From: Hypanus sabinus
Lineage: Eukaryota
Assembly: GCF_030144855.1 (NCBI RefSeq)
Contig: NC_082706.1
Span: forward strand, 129,456,001 to 129,520,000
Direction: 5' to 3'
Length of the DNA: 64,000 nucleotides
Shown here: positions 1 to 12,474 of the stretch, one piece after another
Layout of the letters: each line of letters opens with the position of its first letter
Position numbering within the stretch: the stretch's first letter is position 1
Position numbers and translations under genes: made by a program
Notes under the pieces: model-generated
Seen by the model: the letters and a program-made list of their open reading frames with translations, nothing else
What the model was told of the DNA's origin: nothing
Databases searched by the model: none

Positions 1-1100
1 ATTGTCATTAACTCTGCTCCTCTATACACGAACAAAAAGCAAACTTTTTGCTTGCAATTGACAGATGGGTTCAAAAAGTGTTTTTTCTTTTTGAATCCAT
101 CTGTCAAATTTTCTTCAGTAGAGGTGATTTTTTTTTGCTGTGTTGTATATTCTAGGCTACCACCACCACTTTATTACTGTTTTTGCATGGCTATATTTTT
201 AATAAGACCCCATGGTTAAGAACTAGAGTGGTTTTTAAATGGATGTGCAATCAAATTTGTTCCTGAAGGTTACACACATATTTTCGTCCAAAGATCTTTA
301 TCTACTAAATGGGAGCAGAGTTCCTAAATTTTGAAGTTTCACACATCCTGGATGTTTATGCTTGACATAGTCAAAATGGCTGTCTTACCTATACCCAATC
401 TCAGATTAAAAAGGTGAAATACTCATACTCGGGGGTGAGGCCACTTCTTGGGAAGAGATGTTGCATTGCAGTTTTGGGACAAATATTGCCTGTTTTTCTA
501 GATTTCCAATAGCTGTACTGTCTAGCCTTGACTGAAAATAGGCTTCAAAAGAATTAGAACGGTGGAAAATGGTTCACTTTACCACCAGGTGGTGCACAAA
601 GCAAGCTAGTGAAAGTCTTTGCCAGTGTTTGTAATTGGTCTGTTTCAAATGAGCTTTTCATACAAAAATTAAAACGCTAACAACGTTTCAGCTATCTGCA
701 TTTCATTGTCCAATGCTATCTGGTTCCATTAGTTGAAAAACTAAATACTCACTGCACAATCTTTCCATCATTGAGTAAAGGCATTGAAATTGGTAACTTT
801 CTGGAATAAAATTTAAAAATGATTATGTGATCCTGAAGTATTTCCCATACCATCTACAGCTCTGAACTGTATGGATAATTTAATCCATTGCAACATTGGA
901 TTGTATCTCAAATTAAAATTATTTAAATTTACTTCTGGAGTCCTTCGAAATAACCTACATTTAGCAGCCTACAAAAGTCCATTTTGAAAGCTGTTCCAAA
1001 TAAAGTAAAGGCAAATTGAACTCTATTTGTGACTTGCCTCTCACTGTCGCAACTTCCTTTCATATGCAATAAAAAGCATTCTTGAATGGTGTACGAGAGG
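1..1100 (+). other. Probable 3' UTR end of an unidentified convergent plus-strand gene
   Basis: Repeat-free, T-rich, no ORF. AATAAA at 805-810, 999-1004 and 1068-1073, the last followed by GT-rich sequence. Confidence 0.4.
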
Positions 1101-1924
1101 GAAGTCTTATGGCAGTTAGTTTAACCTGTTAAAACTTAAGTGCTTTTTGGACAGGAAATAATCTTTTGCTTTAAAAGTTTCAGCAAATATTGACCCTTGT
1201 AGTTAAAGCTTAGTTTTGTAAATCACTAATTTCCAATAGCAATCAGATGGACTAATTCCCTTGTATGTATTTGAGGTGCTGTTTTTATTTTAAAAGATAG
1301 TTATAAACCCCAAACCATAAACCTAATTCTAATATTTACATACAAAGACTGTAAAGAGCCTGCTAAATTTCGGTTCTAGCATTTTACATTAGATGTTACG
1401 CCTCAATAGTATTTCATAGATAAGGTAATTCTCAACTAGTACAGCAGCGGATGAAAAATATTACTGTCTGCCTAGCTTACAATAGATATAAATTACTAGT
1501 TTTCATTTAGTTCTATTGGGTACGCAGATTGATCAAATATTATAGTTTACCTTTCAAATAGACTATGCAGCAATCTTAAAATTATTAAATTTGAAGTCAA
1601 ACTTAGTAAGGCTAAGTAGAAGGAGACTATTTAGTGGATGTCAGCTATTTGCAAATCTGCAACTGCATACAAAGTAATTTGAAACATTTGTTTAATCAAT
1701 GTTGGGCACATAATTCGTGCTACAGATTTTCATTTGTAAGGTTGAGAACATTTCAGAGGAACAGCAATTGAAATCAATTGGCATGAACTGGTGTAAATTT
1801 TGCTTCAAAAATGTTGATCTATTCAGTTAATAATGTGGATAAACACATATATATATATTTATGACATTTCTGCAACTTCAGTGCTGGACTGGCAGATTTT
1901 TCCCAGACCATTGGACATCATTCC

Positions 1925-3270
1925 CTATTGATACTCGATGAGGACTGGTGTGTGCTTCCTTGACTTGCCCTTCCTCAAGTTCCCAATTTGTCGATTCCTT
2001 GTCACCAGCTGAGATTCTAGCAACAACAATTTTGTCATGGTGGCATGTATATTAATGACATTTGAACTGTGCTTAGCCACACAGTCATGAGTGCAGAGAG
2101 TAGAGCAGTGCGTCAGACATGCATCCTTGACGTGCACCACTGTCGATTGTGTTACGTACCCCGTAACTGGGTCACTTACCAGCAAAGATAGAGAGGTCCG
2201 TTGAAGTCTGATGGTACTATTTTAACAGTATTTATTGGTAAAAATACACAAAAATAATATCAATGCAAACATACAGCTACTATATGTCGTCAATACTGGA
2301 TCAAAAGGTGTGGGTATAATAATAATCAGTAAGAAATAGCTCTATCGTTGTCTAGGGGATAATGTATTGTCCGATGGAAGTATAAAAGTCACTTTAGTTC
2401 ATTCAGGCTGCAGCATTTGGTTGGAGTTGAGAGAGAGATTTTGGAACTTGCCAGAGTTTCCTTTTTTATGATGTCAATCCTTCGAAATGTCATTGGTGTC
2501 CTTTTCCTTTTAGCTAAGCCGTTCTTCTGTGGTCAGTCCCGCCAATCCCAGGCAACGGTAAAGGACGCACGCGGGCCCCACCGGCCGTCGCTATTAAACA
2601 CTGTCACGGGATTTCTAGCGTTTCTCCTGGTGCGTCTAAAGGGGTTGTTCCCCAGACCCTCTTTTATCCTTACTCACGGGGTCTCAGAGGTCAATCATGT
2701 TGGGATGGTGCCATCCCTCAACCAGCCCACTGGTCATTCCCCGAGGGCTTCAATGAATAGTACAGTACTCTACACAATTCCATCTCCCAGAGACAATGGC
2801 CGTTATCTGTGGCTTTGTCTTTCGGAGGCCCAGGACACATTCCAAACCTTGAGGGTCCTGCGTGTCTCTCTCTCATTTCCTGGGTCCCAGACCCGAATTA
2901 ATAGCGATCTTGCGATTCTCAAAAAGGAGGGGGCTGCTTTTTACCCTTCGGCCCCTCAGAGTTGTGGCACATTCGTAACAATTGTCAGCAAGAAGGAGGT
3001 GTCCACGCTGACTGGCCTCTTAAGGAAGTCGAGAATCAAATTTCAGAAGGAGATACAGAAGCCCAGGTTTTGAAGCTTTTCGAATAGTACTGAGGGGATG
3101 ATGGCGTTGAACACTGAGGTGTAATCAATAAACAGCAGTCTGACATTGGTATTGCTGTTATTCAAATAATCTAAGATCCGGTGGAGAGCCAATGAGATTG
3201 CATCCGCTGGAGACCTATTTTGGTAGTTGGCAGAATGCTGTGTGTCCAGGTCCTTGCACATGCAGGAATG
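1925..3270 (-). mobile_element. Decayed Rex1/Babar(L2)-like LINE RT fragment, split by a solo LTR
   Basis: ORF 3043-3261 NRSPADAISLALH..LDYL...VRLLFIDYTSVFNAIIP is an RT motif; RT-like sequence resumes below 2150. Confidence 0.75.
2150..2980 (-). mobile_element. Solo LTR, Gypsy-type, 831 bp
   Basis: Inverted termini TGTTACG...CGTAACA; perfect 4-bp TSD ATTG (2146-2149, 2981-2984); minus-strand AATAAA at 2236-2231; CpGs retained. Confidence 0.85.
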
Positions 3271-4589
3271 ATAATGGGATTTGAACTTGTCTCTAGATCA
3301 GTAAATCAGTGCTTCCTCTGCTAGGTGACTAGCTTAACCTCTCTATTGACCCAGGGTCTCAGCCTGAAACGCTGACTGTACTTCCTATAGATGCTGCCTG
3401 GCCTGCTGCATTCCACCAGCATTTTGTGTGTGTTGCTTGAATTTCCAGGCTCTGCAGATTTCCTCGTGTTTATGAACAAAAACTAAGGATGTGCTGGGGA
3501 TAGCCCACAAGTATCATCATACATTCCAGTGCCAAAGTAGCATGCCCACAATATTCAGCAGAACAATGCAAGCAACAACAAAATAAGCTGCATGGTCATG
3601 ATAACATCTGATGAATTCTTAAAATGTGAAAAGAAGATATCGGAATAAAATTAGAGTGGGTACGGACACAATACTAAGGAAATAATTATATCTAATTTGA
3701 AGACAAAGATCTTGCATGGTAGTCAACCTCATAATTTTAACAAGAATGTGATTTCCTAACTATAGTTCATATCTGGAATTGAAATTGGGAATTGTCAAAC
3801 TCCTTGTATACATTATTAGTATCTGCAAGTAGTTTATTGAGTATGAATGAAATTCTGTAAGGGCTAAAAAATGGGTTCAGTGGAGAAGAGGGGATATTGG
3901 ACTGCATAATTTATTTTTGTGATGACTCAAAGTGACCCATATTCTAAGGCAGTATGACTTGGGCAGGGGCTAATAAGTAACAATATTTGTAAATTACCTT
4001 GAACGTGATGATTATACTTCAGAACATGAGCATTTTCAAACAAAATAGAAGCTGAACCATCAAAGGGCTTATTGAGCATTCAAAACTCACAGAAGTTTGT
4101 TTCTTGAGAGCATCTGAACAGAATAAATAAATGGAGTTCAGAACTTTAGGGAGGTAATTATGGAGCTTGTAATGTAGAAGAATAAAGCAAACCTAAAGAT
4201 GGTAAGTTAACAGATGAACTAGAGGCTAGAAGTAAGGTAGTGCAGATATTACAGATGCTTACTTGATTTGAGATGACAAAAAGGGAGAGCAAAATCAGAA
4301 TCACACATATCACAGAGCTGTTCAAGTGGGGAACCCACAGAGGCAATGAGGTAAATGGTATAAAGGAATGGCTCTCTGCAAAAAGGGGTTGGTTAATAAC
4401 ATCCACTTAAAATTAGACAAGATGGAACTGATGAACAATGGTGACATTCTGTGGGATATGTACAATACTTCTAAATATACCTCTTTTGAATTGCTGTCAC
4501 TGCAAGCTGTAGCATGTAATTTCAAGTTAAGCAACGTACTTCTAAATCAACTTAATGATCTACAGATTACACAAACTGATGAATGAATT

Positions 4590-6240
4590 GGTGGATCTAC
4601 GCTCAAGCAAGCAGGTATGGTACCTTTAAGCAGACAGACGTTTTCACCATGGCTGGAAGTGAGGTGGGAAGGGGGGGCAGGGGTGAAATTTCAGGTCAGG
4701 CTGAAACACAGAGGAATGAGGCCCCCTCTACCCAGCATCTTGTTAGCAAACCTGCAGTCACTGGAGAACAAAACAGAACCTGAAGATGAGATTGCTGTAT
4801 TGAAGGGAAATGAGAGACACTTGTGTTTTATGTTTGAACAAGATGTGGCTTACTCCTAACGTACCAGACATGGTGATCAGATCTGAAGGCTTCACAATAC
4901 ACATTGCTGATACAAACAAAGCAAAAGGTGAAGGTATGTGCTTCATGATAAACTCTCTGTGCTGCTCTGATATGGCAGTTTTGTCAAACTCAAGTTTCCC
5001 TGCCCTTGAACACCTAACAGTTAAATGCTATCTGTTCTATCGACCTAGGGAGTTCTCTTCCATAATCCTGACCGTAGTTTATGTACCACTAGTGGTTGAC
5101 AATAATTGGGTGTTTGAGATACTGCACAATGCCGTTACCGAACAAGAAACAGCCCATCCAACAAATCTCAAGTCAAGAGCTTCAACCAGGTTTGGTTGAA
5201 GAAAATCCTGTGCCTCTGCCATCAAAACCTGTAGCACCAGAGGTCCCAATGCACTAGAGCACTATTATACTAATATAAGGAATGCCAAGTATTCCATGCC
5301 CAAACTGTATTTCAGTAAACCTGAACACTTGGCTGTCCTCTTACCTGTATACAGACAGAGGCTAAAGAGCAAAACAAGTGGTCATGGGACTCAGAGGTAC
5401 GACTGGTGGATTGGACTGCAACCAAGGACCTGTCTGTGGATCTGAACTAACACACCATGCTTGTCATGGACTTTATTACATGAGTGTGTCCCCACAAAAT
5501 CATTCAGAATCTTTTCCCAACCAGCAGTCATGAGATCTGCAATCTGCTGAGGGCCAAATCAAGCATTCAAGTCTGGCGACCAAGAAAGTTATAAGAGGCC
5601 CAGCTACAAATCTCCAGAAAACCATCTCATGCATGAAGTAGCAAATTACTTGAACTGCCACTTGAATCAATGAAGGAATACTCGCCAATTGTGGCATGGC
5701 TTGAATTCTATCACCTCTTATAAAGTTAAATCAAGCAACAAGCTCAATACCTTCTAGGCTTGCTTTAATTGTTGAAACATGGAGGAACCATCACAAATTC
5801 CTATAGCTCCTCATGATCTTGTTATTTCAGTCTCTGACGCCAACGTGCAGGCTGCCTTTGGGTGGGGGGGGGGGTGAACCCACAAGAAGCCTCTGGCCCA
5901 AACAGGGTACCTGGCCAAGTACTGAGAGCTGAACTGACTGTCTGGAGAGTGCATTGAGATCATTAACTTCACACTTTGCCAATCTTAGGTTCCCACCTGC
6001 TTCAAACAGGCTTCAATTATACCAGTGCCTAAGAAGAACGTGGTAACCTGCCTCAATGATTATCGTCCAGACGCACTTACACACAGTGATGAAGTGTTTT
6101 GAGAGGTTGGTGATAAAACACACCAACTCCTGCCCGAGACACCACTTAGATCCACTCAAATTTGCCCTCTGGAGCAACAGCTCCACAGCAGATGTCATCT
6201 CATTGGCTTTTCATTCAACCTTGGAACATCTGGACAGTAA
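4590..6240 (+). mobile_element. Decayed Rex1/Babar-like LINE (APE endonuclease to start of RT)
   Basis: LPSILLANLQSLENK, VLCLNKMWLTP, EFSSIILTVVYVP (endonuclease) and VMKCFERLV...LDPLKFA...STADVISLA (RT); many frameshifts. Confidence 0.8.
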
Positions 6241-6269
6241 GTGATGAGATTGCTGGGGTATTGAGCTGT

Positions 6270-7420
6270 ATCTTCATGTACTCTAGGCAAAAGCGAGGCC
6301 CCAGAGGACTAGTGAATGGCTAATGGCTAGTATATCTCTGTTAAAGAAAGGAACAAGAAAAAAACCTGGAAACTATAAACTTCTGAGTCTCATATCAGCT
6401 GCAGAGAAATTGCTGGAGAAAATTCTTAAGGATAGGATATATGAGCATTTGGAAACCCTTGGGCTAATTAGCATGGCTTTGAGTGGAGCAAGTTGAGTCT
6501 CACCAACTTGATTGAGTTTTTGACAAGGTGATGAGAGAGACTGATGAAGGCAGAGCAGTGGTTATTGTCTGCATGGATTTTAGTGAGGCATTTGATAAAG
6601 TCACTCATGGAAGGCTAATCCAGAAGATTAAGATGCATGGGGTCCACGGTGAATTAGCTGCTTGGATTCAGAACTAGCTTGCACACTGACAATGAGGATT
6701 ATGGTTGAAGGTACTTATTCAAGCTGAAGGTCTGTAATTTATGGAGTTCCACAGGGATCTGTTCTGGGACCTCTGCTGCTTGTGATATGTAGTATATGAA
6801 TGACCTGGATGAAAATGTAGATGGGTGGGTTAGTAAGTTTGCAAATGATACTAAGAATGGTGGAGTTGTGGGTAATGCAGAAGACTGGCAAAGTATACAG
6901 TGCAATACAGATTAGTTACAGATATGGTCAGAGAAATGGCAGCTAGAGTTTAACCCAGATAAATGTGAAGTGTTACACCTTGGTAGGACAAATGCAAGGA
7001 GAGAGTACAGTGTTAAGGACATTACCTTTAACAATGTTGCTGAGCAGAAAGATCTTGGAATCCAAGTTCATAGCTCCTTGAAAGTGGCAACACTGGTTGA
7101 TGTTAGTTAAAAAGGCTTATGGAATGCTTACTTTCAATAATTGAGGCACTGAGTTCAAAAGTCAAGAGGCTATGTTGCAACTTTATAGAATTCTCGTTAG
7201 GCCATATCAGGAGTATTGCATAGATTTCTGGTTTCCCCACTATAGGAAGGATGTGGAGGCTTTGGAAAGGGTGCAGGAGAGGTTTACCAGGATGTAGCCC
7301 TGATTAGAGGGCATGTGCTATAACAGGTGTTGGACAGATGTGGATTGGTTTCTCTGGAGCGGTGGAGGCTGAAGGAAGATCTGATAAAAGTTTATAAGAT
7401 TATGAGAGCCATAGATAGAC
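6270..7420 (+). mobile_element. Decayed CR1 LINE RT
   Basis: CR1 motifs KPGNYK, GVPQGSVLGP, SKFANDTK, LERWRLKEDLIKVYKIMR. Confidence 0.85.
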
Positions 7421-7609
7421 ACAAATGCAAGAGATTCTGCAGATGCCAGAAATCCAGGGCAACATACACAAAATGCTGGGGAACTCAGCAGGTCAGACAG
7501 CATCTATAGAAATTAATAAACACCAATGTTTTGGGCCTAAACCCTTCCTCGGAACCGGAAGGGAAGGGGAAGGCCACCAGAATAATGTTTGACCTATAAA
7601 AAGAAAGGA

Positions 7610-8150
7610 GTTGTAAGTGGAGCTGCCACTGTCAGAGTGGTCCAGCTTTAGCTCAACAGGCTTAAGCAAGAAAAGGCTAGGACAAGCACAGATGAGGCTC
7701 TAAGTAAGTTTCCAGTATGATTTTTCCCTGTTAGTACATAACTAGAGCGCTGAGAATTCCAGAGTCAGTGGTATGCTCCTTGTTTGAGATGTGGGAATTT
7801 GGGAATCCAGTCTCCCAGATAATGACATATGCATGAAATACACCAAGCTGCAGCTCCTTAGAGACTGTGTTAAGGAACTTGAGCTGCAGTCTAATGACCT
7901 GTGTACTGGAGAATAAGGAGGTGAAAGATGGGAGCTACACCCCAAAATTGCAGGATGCAGGTTCTTGGGTGACTGTCAGGAGAGGGAAAGGGAATAGACA
8001 GCCAGTACAAAGTGCCCTGTGGTTGTTCCCCTCAATAATAAGTATACTGCTTTGGATTTTGTTGGTGAGGGGGCGGGAGGTGACTTACCAGGTCAGTACT
8101 CTGACTCTTTGGCTCAGAAAGGAATGAGGGAGAGGAAGTGAGCAGAAGTG
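7610..8150 (+). mobile_element. CR1 5' UTR/ORF1 fragment
   Basis: WVTVRRGKG motif and a Cys-rich N-terminal region typical of CR1 ORF1. Confidence 0.6.
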
Positions 8151-8154
8151 ATAG

Positions 8155-8506
8155 CTTTGAGTGATTATACAGAAAGTTTGAAGTTAATAACTCATCGGGG
8201 TGATTGATAGGTTCGTGGCCTATGGTAGAAGATGAGTTATTAATTTCAAACTTTCTGCATAATCACCCAAAGAGTTGACCTGCATTTGCATATAATAAGC
8301 TGTATAACTCATCTCCTTCTACCTTAGGCCACGAACATCAATTACCTCTGCTGTGGACACTTTCTGGAGGTTCAAGATCTGTATGCTCCACGACCGCTGG
8401 ACTAAGTGTGTAAATGTAGGAGGGGACTGTTGAAAATGAATGTGCTAGGTTTTCTAAAATTCACTCCTTCTACCTTAGGCCATGAACTTATCAATCACCC
8501 CTTGTA
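8155..8506 (+). mobile_element. Mariner remnant with internal TIR duplications
   Basis: Right TIR ...ttatcaatcaccccttg + TA. It is preceded by a transposase C-terminus (RWTKCVNVGGD.., cf. mariner RWxKCxxxxGxYxE). Extra TIR copies at 8197-8240 and 8304-8348. Confidence 0.7.
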
Positions 8507-9030
8507 TTGTGTGCTGATTTGGTCACCTATCTACAGGAAAGATGTAAGAAAGTTTGAAAGCACAGAAAAAATTGACAAGGATGTTGCTGGGACTTGAGGA
8601 CCTGAGTTATAGGGAAAGGTTGAATAGGTTAGGACTTCATTTGCTAGAACATAGAAGATTGAGAGGAGATTTGATGGAGGTATACAAAATTATGAGAGGT
8701 ATAGAAATGGTAAATGCAAGCGGGTTTTCTCCACTGAGGTTGGATGAGACTGTTACTAGAGATTAAGAGTGAAAGCTGAAATGTTTAAGGGGAACATGAA
8801 GGAGAACTTCTTCACTCGGTGGTGGGAGTGTGGAACAAGCTGCCATTTTAAGTGGTGGATGTTTATTGGATTTCAACATTTAAGAGAAATTTGGATAGGT
8901 ACATCGATGAGTGGGAAATGGAGGGCTATGGTCCAGGATGCATGTTGATGGGACTTGGCAGATTAATTTTTTTGGCTCAGACTAGATGGGCCAAAGGGCC
9001 TGTTTCTGTGTTGTAGTGTTTTATGACTCT
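8507..9030 (+). mobile_element. CR1 3' fragment
   Basis: LSYRERLNRLGL..LEHRRLRGDLMEVYKIMRG; 3' GGGCC-aaa-GGGCCT stem and tail. Confidence 0.85.
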
Positions 9031-9034
9031 AACC

Positions 9035-9385
9035 TGTGTTGCCTCTTTCAATGAGCAATGAATTTGGACCCCAAGCTCACTCTACTCATCAACACTGTTA
9101 AGGGTTTTGTCCTTAACAGTGTACTGTCTCTTTATATGTAAACAGCCAGGGTGCAACATTTTACATTTGGCTGGATTAAACTCCTTTACCATTTCTCTGC
9201 CAATATACGCAATTAATCTATATCTCAGTTGTATTCTTTGCAAATCCTCTATGCTATCCACAACACCACCAACAATCATATCATCTGTAAACTCACTAAC
9301 CCACCCATTTATATTTTCATCTGTGTCATTTATGTACATCACAAACAGAAGAGATCCCCTGCAGAACACCACTAATCACAGACAA
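9035..9385 (-). mobile_element. CR1 RT fragment
   Basis: LLFVMYIND...WVSEFTDD...EFNPAKCKMLH. Confidence 0.8.
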
Positions 9386-9551
9386 TCAAATAAATAAGTC
9401 CAAGTATCTCAGCACCCTCAGCCTCTGCCTGTTGTCACCAAAGCCTCTTAAGCCAAAGCTGGACCACTCTAACACTGTCCCTCTCCAACAGTGGCTGCTC
9501 CACTCATACCTCACTTCTTTTATTGGTGTTTACCAAGAACCTAATTATCAA

Positions 9552-9746
9552 TTATGATTGAAGGCTGCCGAGAAGTCCCAAAAGGCCCAAGCTCTTTTTA
9601 AACCTCATGGTGCCTCTCTGACAAGTGAGTACTTATGATAATTGAATGCCACCGAAAAGTCCTGAAAAAGCCCTGGGCTCTTGTTAAACCTCACACCACC
9701 TCTCCCACAAATGCGTACTTGTGATGTTTAGGATTCACTGAAAAGG
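9552..9746. repeat. Degenerate ~83-bp tandem repeat, about 2.3 copies
   Basis: Units start at 9552, 9633 and 9719 (ttatgat...aagtcc...gctctt..taaacctca...cctctc..acaa.tg.gtac). Confidence 0.7.
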
Positions 9747-11094
9747 ATAAGGGATGAAATTGCTTTATCTAGCAGGGAGGCTGTTCTAACCAAGCTATCA
9801 AAGACAATCTCTGATGATGTGTTTTAATTTGTCGGTAGATATGGATATGGATATAGATAATTTGCAGCAACGTAAAACGCATGGTATTTCCCTCATCAAA
9901 TAGGCCTGCTGCAATAAATTACATGATTGCACTGGCTTCTGCATGAATCTTAAAGCATCTTCCTCCCTTGAAAGCTGTCAGGTTTACCCCAGTTAGAATC
10001 TTCAGTAAAAATCATGCCATATTTCACAGGAAAAGGAATACCAGATATGCTTTCCTGCAATGCTGACATATGGGTGAAATCCCTATGCTTCCAGGTTCAG
10101 GAAGGTGAACGAGATAATTAACTTTACAGCATCAACACAGGTTTACCGAAAATACTGCGGAAGGTTCCAATGCATTATAACGCCTAAATATCATAAAGCC
10201 TTGATGTTATATTGATAAATATGGCTACTTAATTTCTTTGGGATGCATTACTCAAAGTCAGTCGTCATATTCATCTTGGGCAGCTTCTTGCCACTTGTTC
10301 GCAGTCCCGTGTAAAGCATAAAACCTGCATCTGTTGTAGTTTTTCTTATTGCAGTTTTATTTTAACCTGCTACTAATAAAATGTACAACTCAACCACAAA
10401 GTGAGTGAACATACTTACATTCTAAGCTCACTACAATGCACTTGGTTTCTGTCTTTTTTTCCTGATAGTGCCAATGTGATGACTGATAGATCATGTTTTG
10501 AAACTGATTATTATTAAGAATGGCCCAATTTATACTGTTTGCCTTGCATTGGTAGATACCCAAAGGAAACTTTCAAATTAAGGAAATTCAGATCAATGAT
10601 AAATTGATAGATTGTCATATCTGAGGTATAGTTTTCTCAATCTTAGCTGTAACAATCGGGAGGTACTGAAAGATATTTCTTCACAAAGGATGAGAGGCAA
10701 TACTTGATGAAAAATATTCTGCTGGCTGACCATACACAGTAGCTGATTGTGATTTCTATAATCTCTCTCTCAATTACATCTCTATGCAGGAATGCTGGTG
10801 GAGGGGTCAGGATGGGGTTGTCTCTGACAGGTACAACAGGTAAATATAGGGATAAGTTATCACTACCAATTACCCACTAGCTGCTGTCTCCAGACTCCAC
10901 CTACCTGCATCTGCCTCTCACCCCTCCTCTCACCCCATTATACTGTCTATCTCTCACTCCTGATTCAGGATCTCTACAAAAAAAAAACATTGATTATCCT
11001 TTTTGCTTCTACAGATGCAGCTCAACTCACTGAGTTCTTCCTGCAATTTTGCGTTTTATTGCAGATTCCTGCATCTGTAATTTCTTGTGTCCTT

Positions 11095-12424
11095 ATTCAG
11101 AGGCTTGTGGTTAATTAGTCCTTCGGTTAATCAGGGCAAACACTAATTTGAGACAACTCTTAAAGATCAAAAATTAGAGAATAGAGCTGGGGTTCATTTA
11201 TTTGAGACATGATGCGCTTAATTGGGATGGGAGATTTTCTGAACAGTTTCTAACTAGTGTCTGTTGCGTGCTCTTGTGTGGCCATTAGATACTACACCAT
11301 GCTTAGAGCAGACAGATTTTAAACAGCATCAGTTATGTGTATTTGTGCTCAAAAACAATGATTCTTATCACTACTAGTTAAGCAGTAAGACAATTTAGAA
11401 TTGCTTTGCTCATTGTGGTTTCCAATATACAGGCATTGAAATGCCAGAAATGACCAGGAGTGAAAATGAAACAACTTCGCTACTTCAACAAGTTAGAAAC
11501 TATGAAGGACTTGAAGGTATCAATAATCATCTTGAATGTTGCAATGAAAATAAAGATATGCAGGATTGAAATTTCAAAAACATTTGTGTGAAGGCAGTCC
11601 ATTATTTGCACTAGATGTCTCTGCTAATTTAGTTAATTTACAGTCAAACAAAAGAACACAGTAACATGTGGCTGCTCAACATATCTGAAACTTACGTGGG
11701 AGAGTTTGTAAAGTGGAAAAGCCATTGCACAGGGACAGTTCCATTCTCTCAACCCCAGAAGTCCAGGTCCAGTTGTACCAACAGTTATCACAAACTGAGG
11801 TCTTCCTTGGTTGCAGTGGATAACCGTGACTTTTTGTGTGGTTTATTATGTCCTTCACTCTGCATGAAGTGTTGCAGTATTGCCTTCTTGGCCATTGGAT
11901 CTTACTGTTGATCTCATCCGCCCAGTATGCTGGAGCTGACTTCACACACTAGGACAGACAAGTCCCTACTTTACTGGGGTATGAGGCCTGCCAGCTGCCC
12001 TCATCTGGTTTAGCCCACCTTTTGAAGTGGTGTATCAGGGTGTGGCTGCTGTCACATGTGAACAGCTACTTGGAACCACAATCTGGTGGGACCAAAGGTA
12101 CGTGAGCTGCCGCAGAATGGACATGACAAACTATTTCACCAGAGATGCTACCCCTCCCTGGACATCCCATATACTGGAGGAATTCCTCTGTCAATAACTA
12201 ATAGGAACTAATACACAGTTTTATAATACTGTAGTAGCATTGGTAGTGTTCTAATTTTCTGTGTATTTTATTTAAATACTTAATTTATTACTCAGTTAAA
12301 CAGTAGTTTTTTTCCCTATACCTTTTTATCTATTTCCATGATATCTCAGCTAACTGGCGCATCCACTTAATTGGGCCAACAGATACTGGTCCTGATGTAT
12401 CCGAGTTAACTGGAATTCATTGTA
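11095..12424. mobile_element. Decayed Tigger/pogo-like non-autonomous element with a nested insert (~11670-12170)
   Basis: Right end ...gttaactggaattcattg+TA; recurring ttaattggg subterminal motifs; the middle part has a different composition. Confidence 0.45.
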
Positions 12425-12474
12425 TTTTGTTTTCTTATATGGCAGGATCTTAAAACTTTTCATTAAGAAAGTGG

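Noticed and set aside
2417-3073. 218-aa plus-strand ORF
   Set aside because: Lies across the solo LTR and into antisense LINE; non-ATG start; no recognisable domain.
9552-9746. CRISPR-like repeat-spacer array
   Set aside because: Units are homologous along their whole length, there are no unique spacers or cas genes, and the context is eukaryotic.
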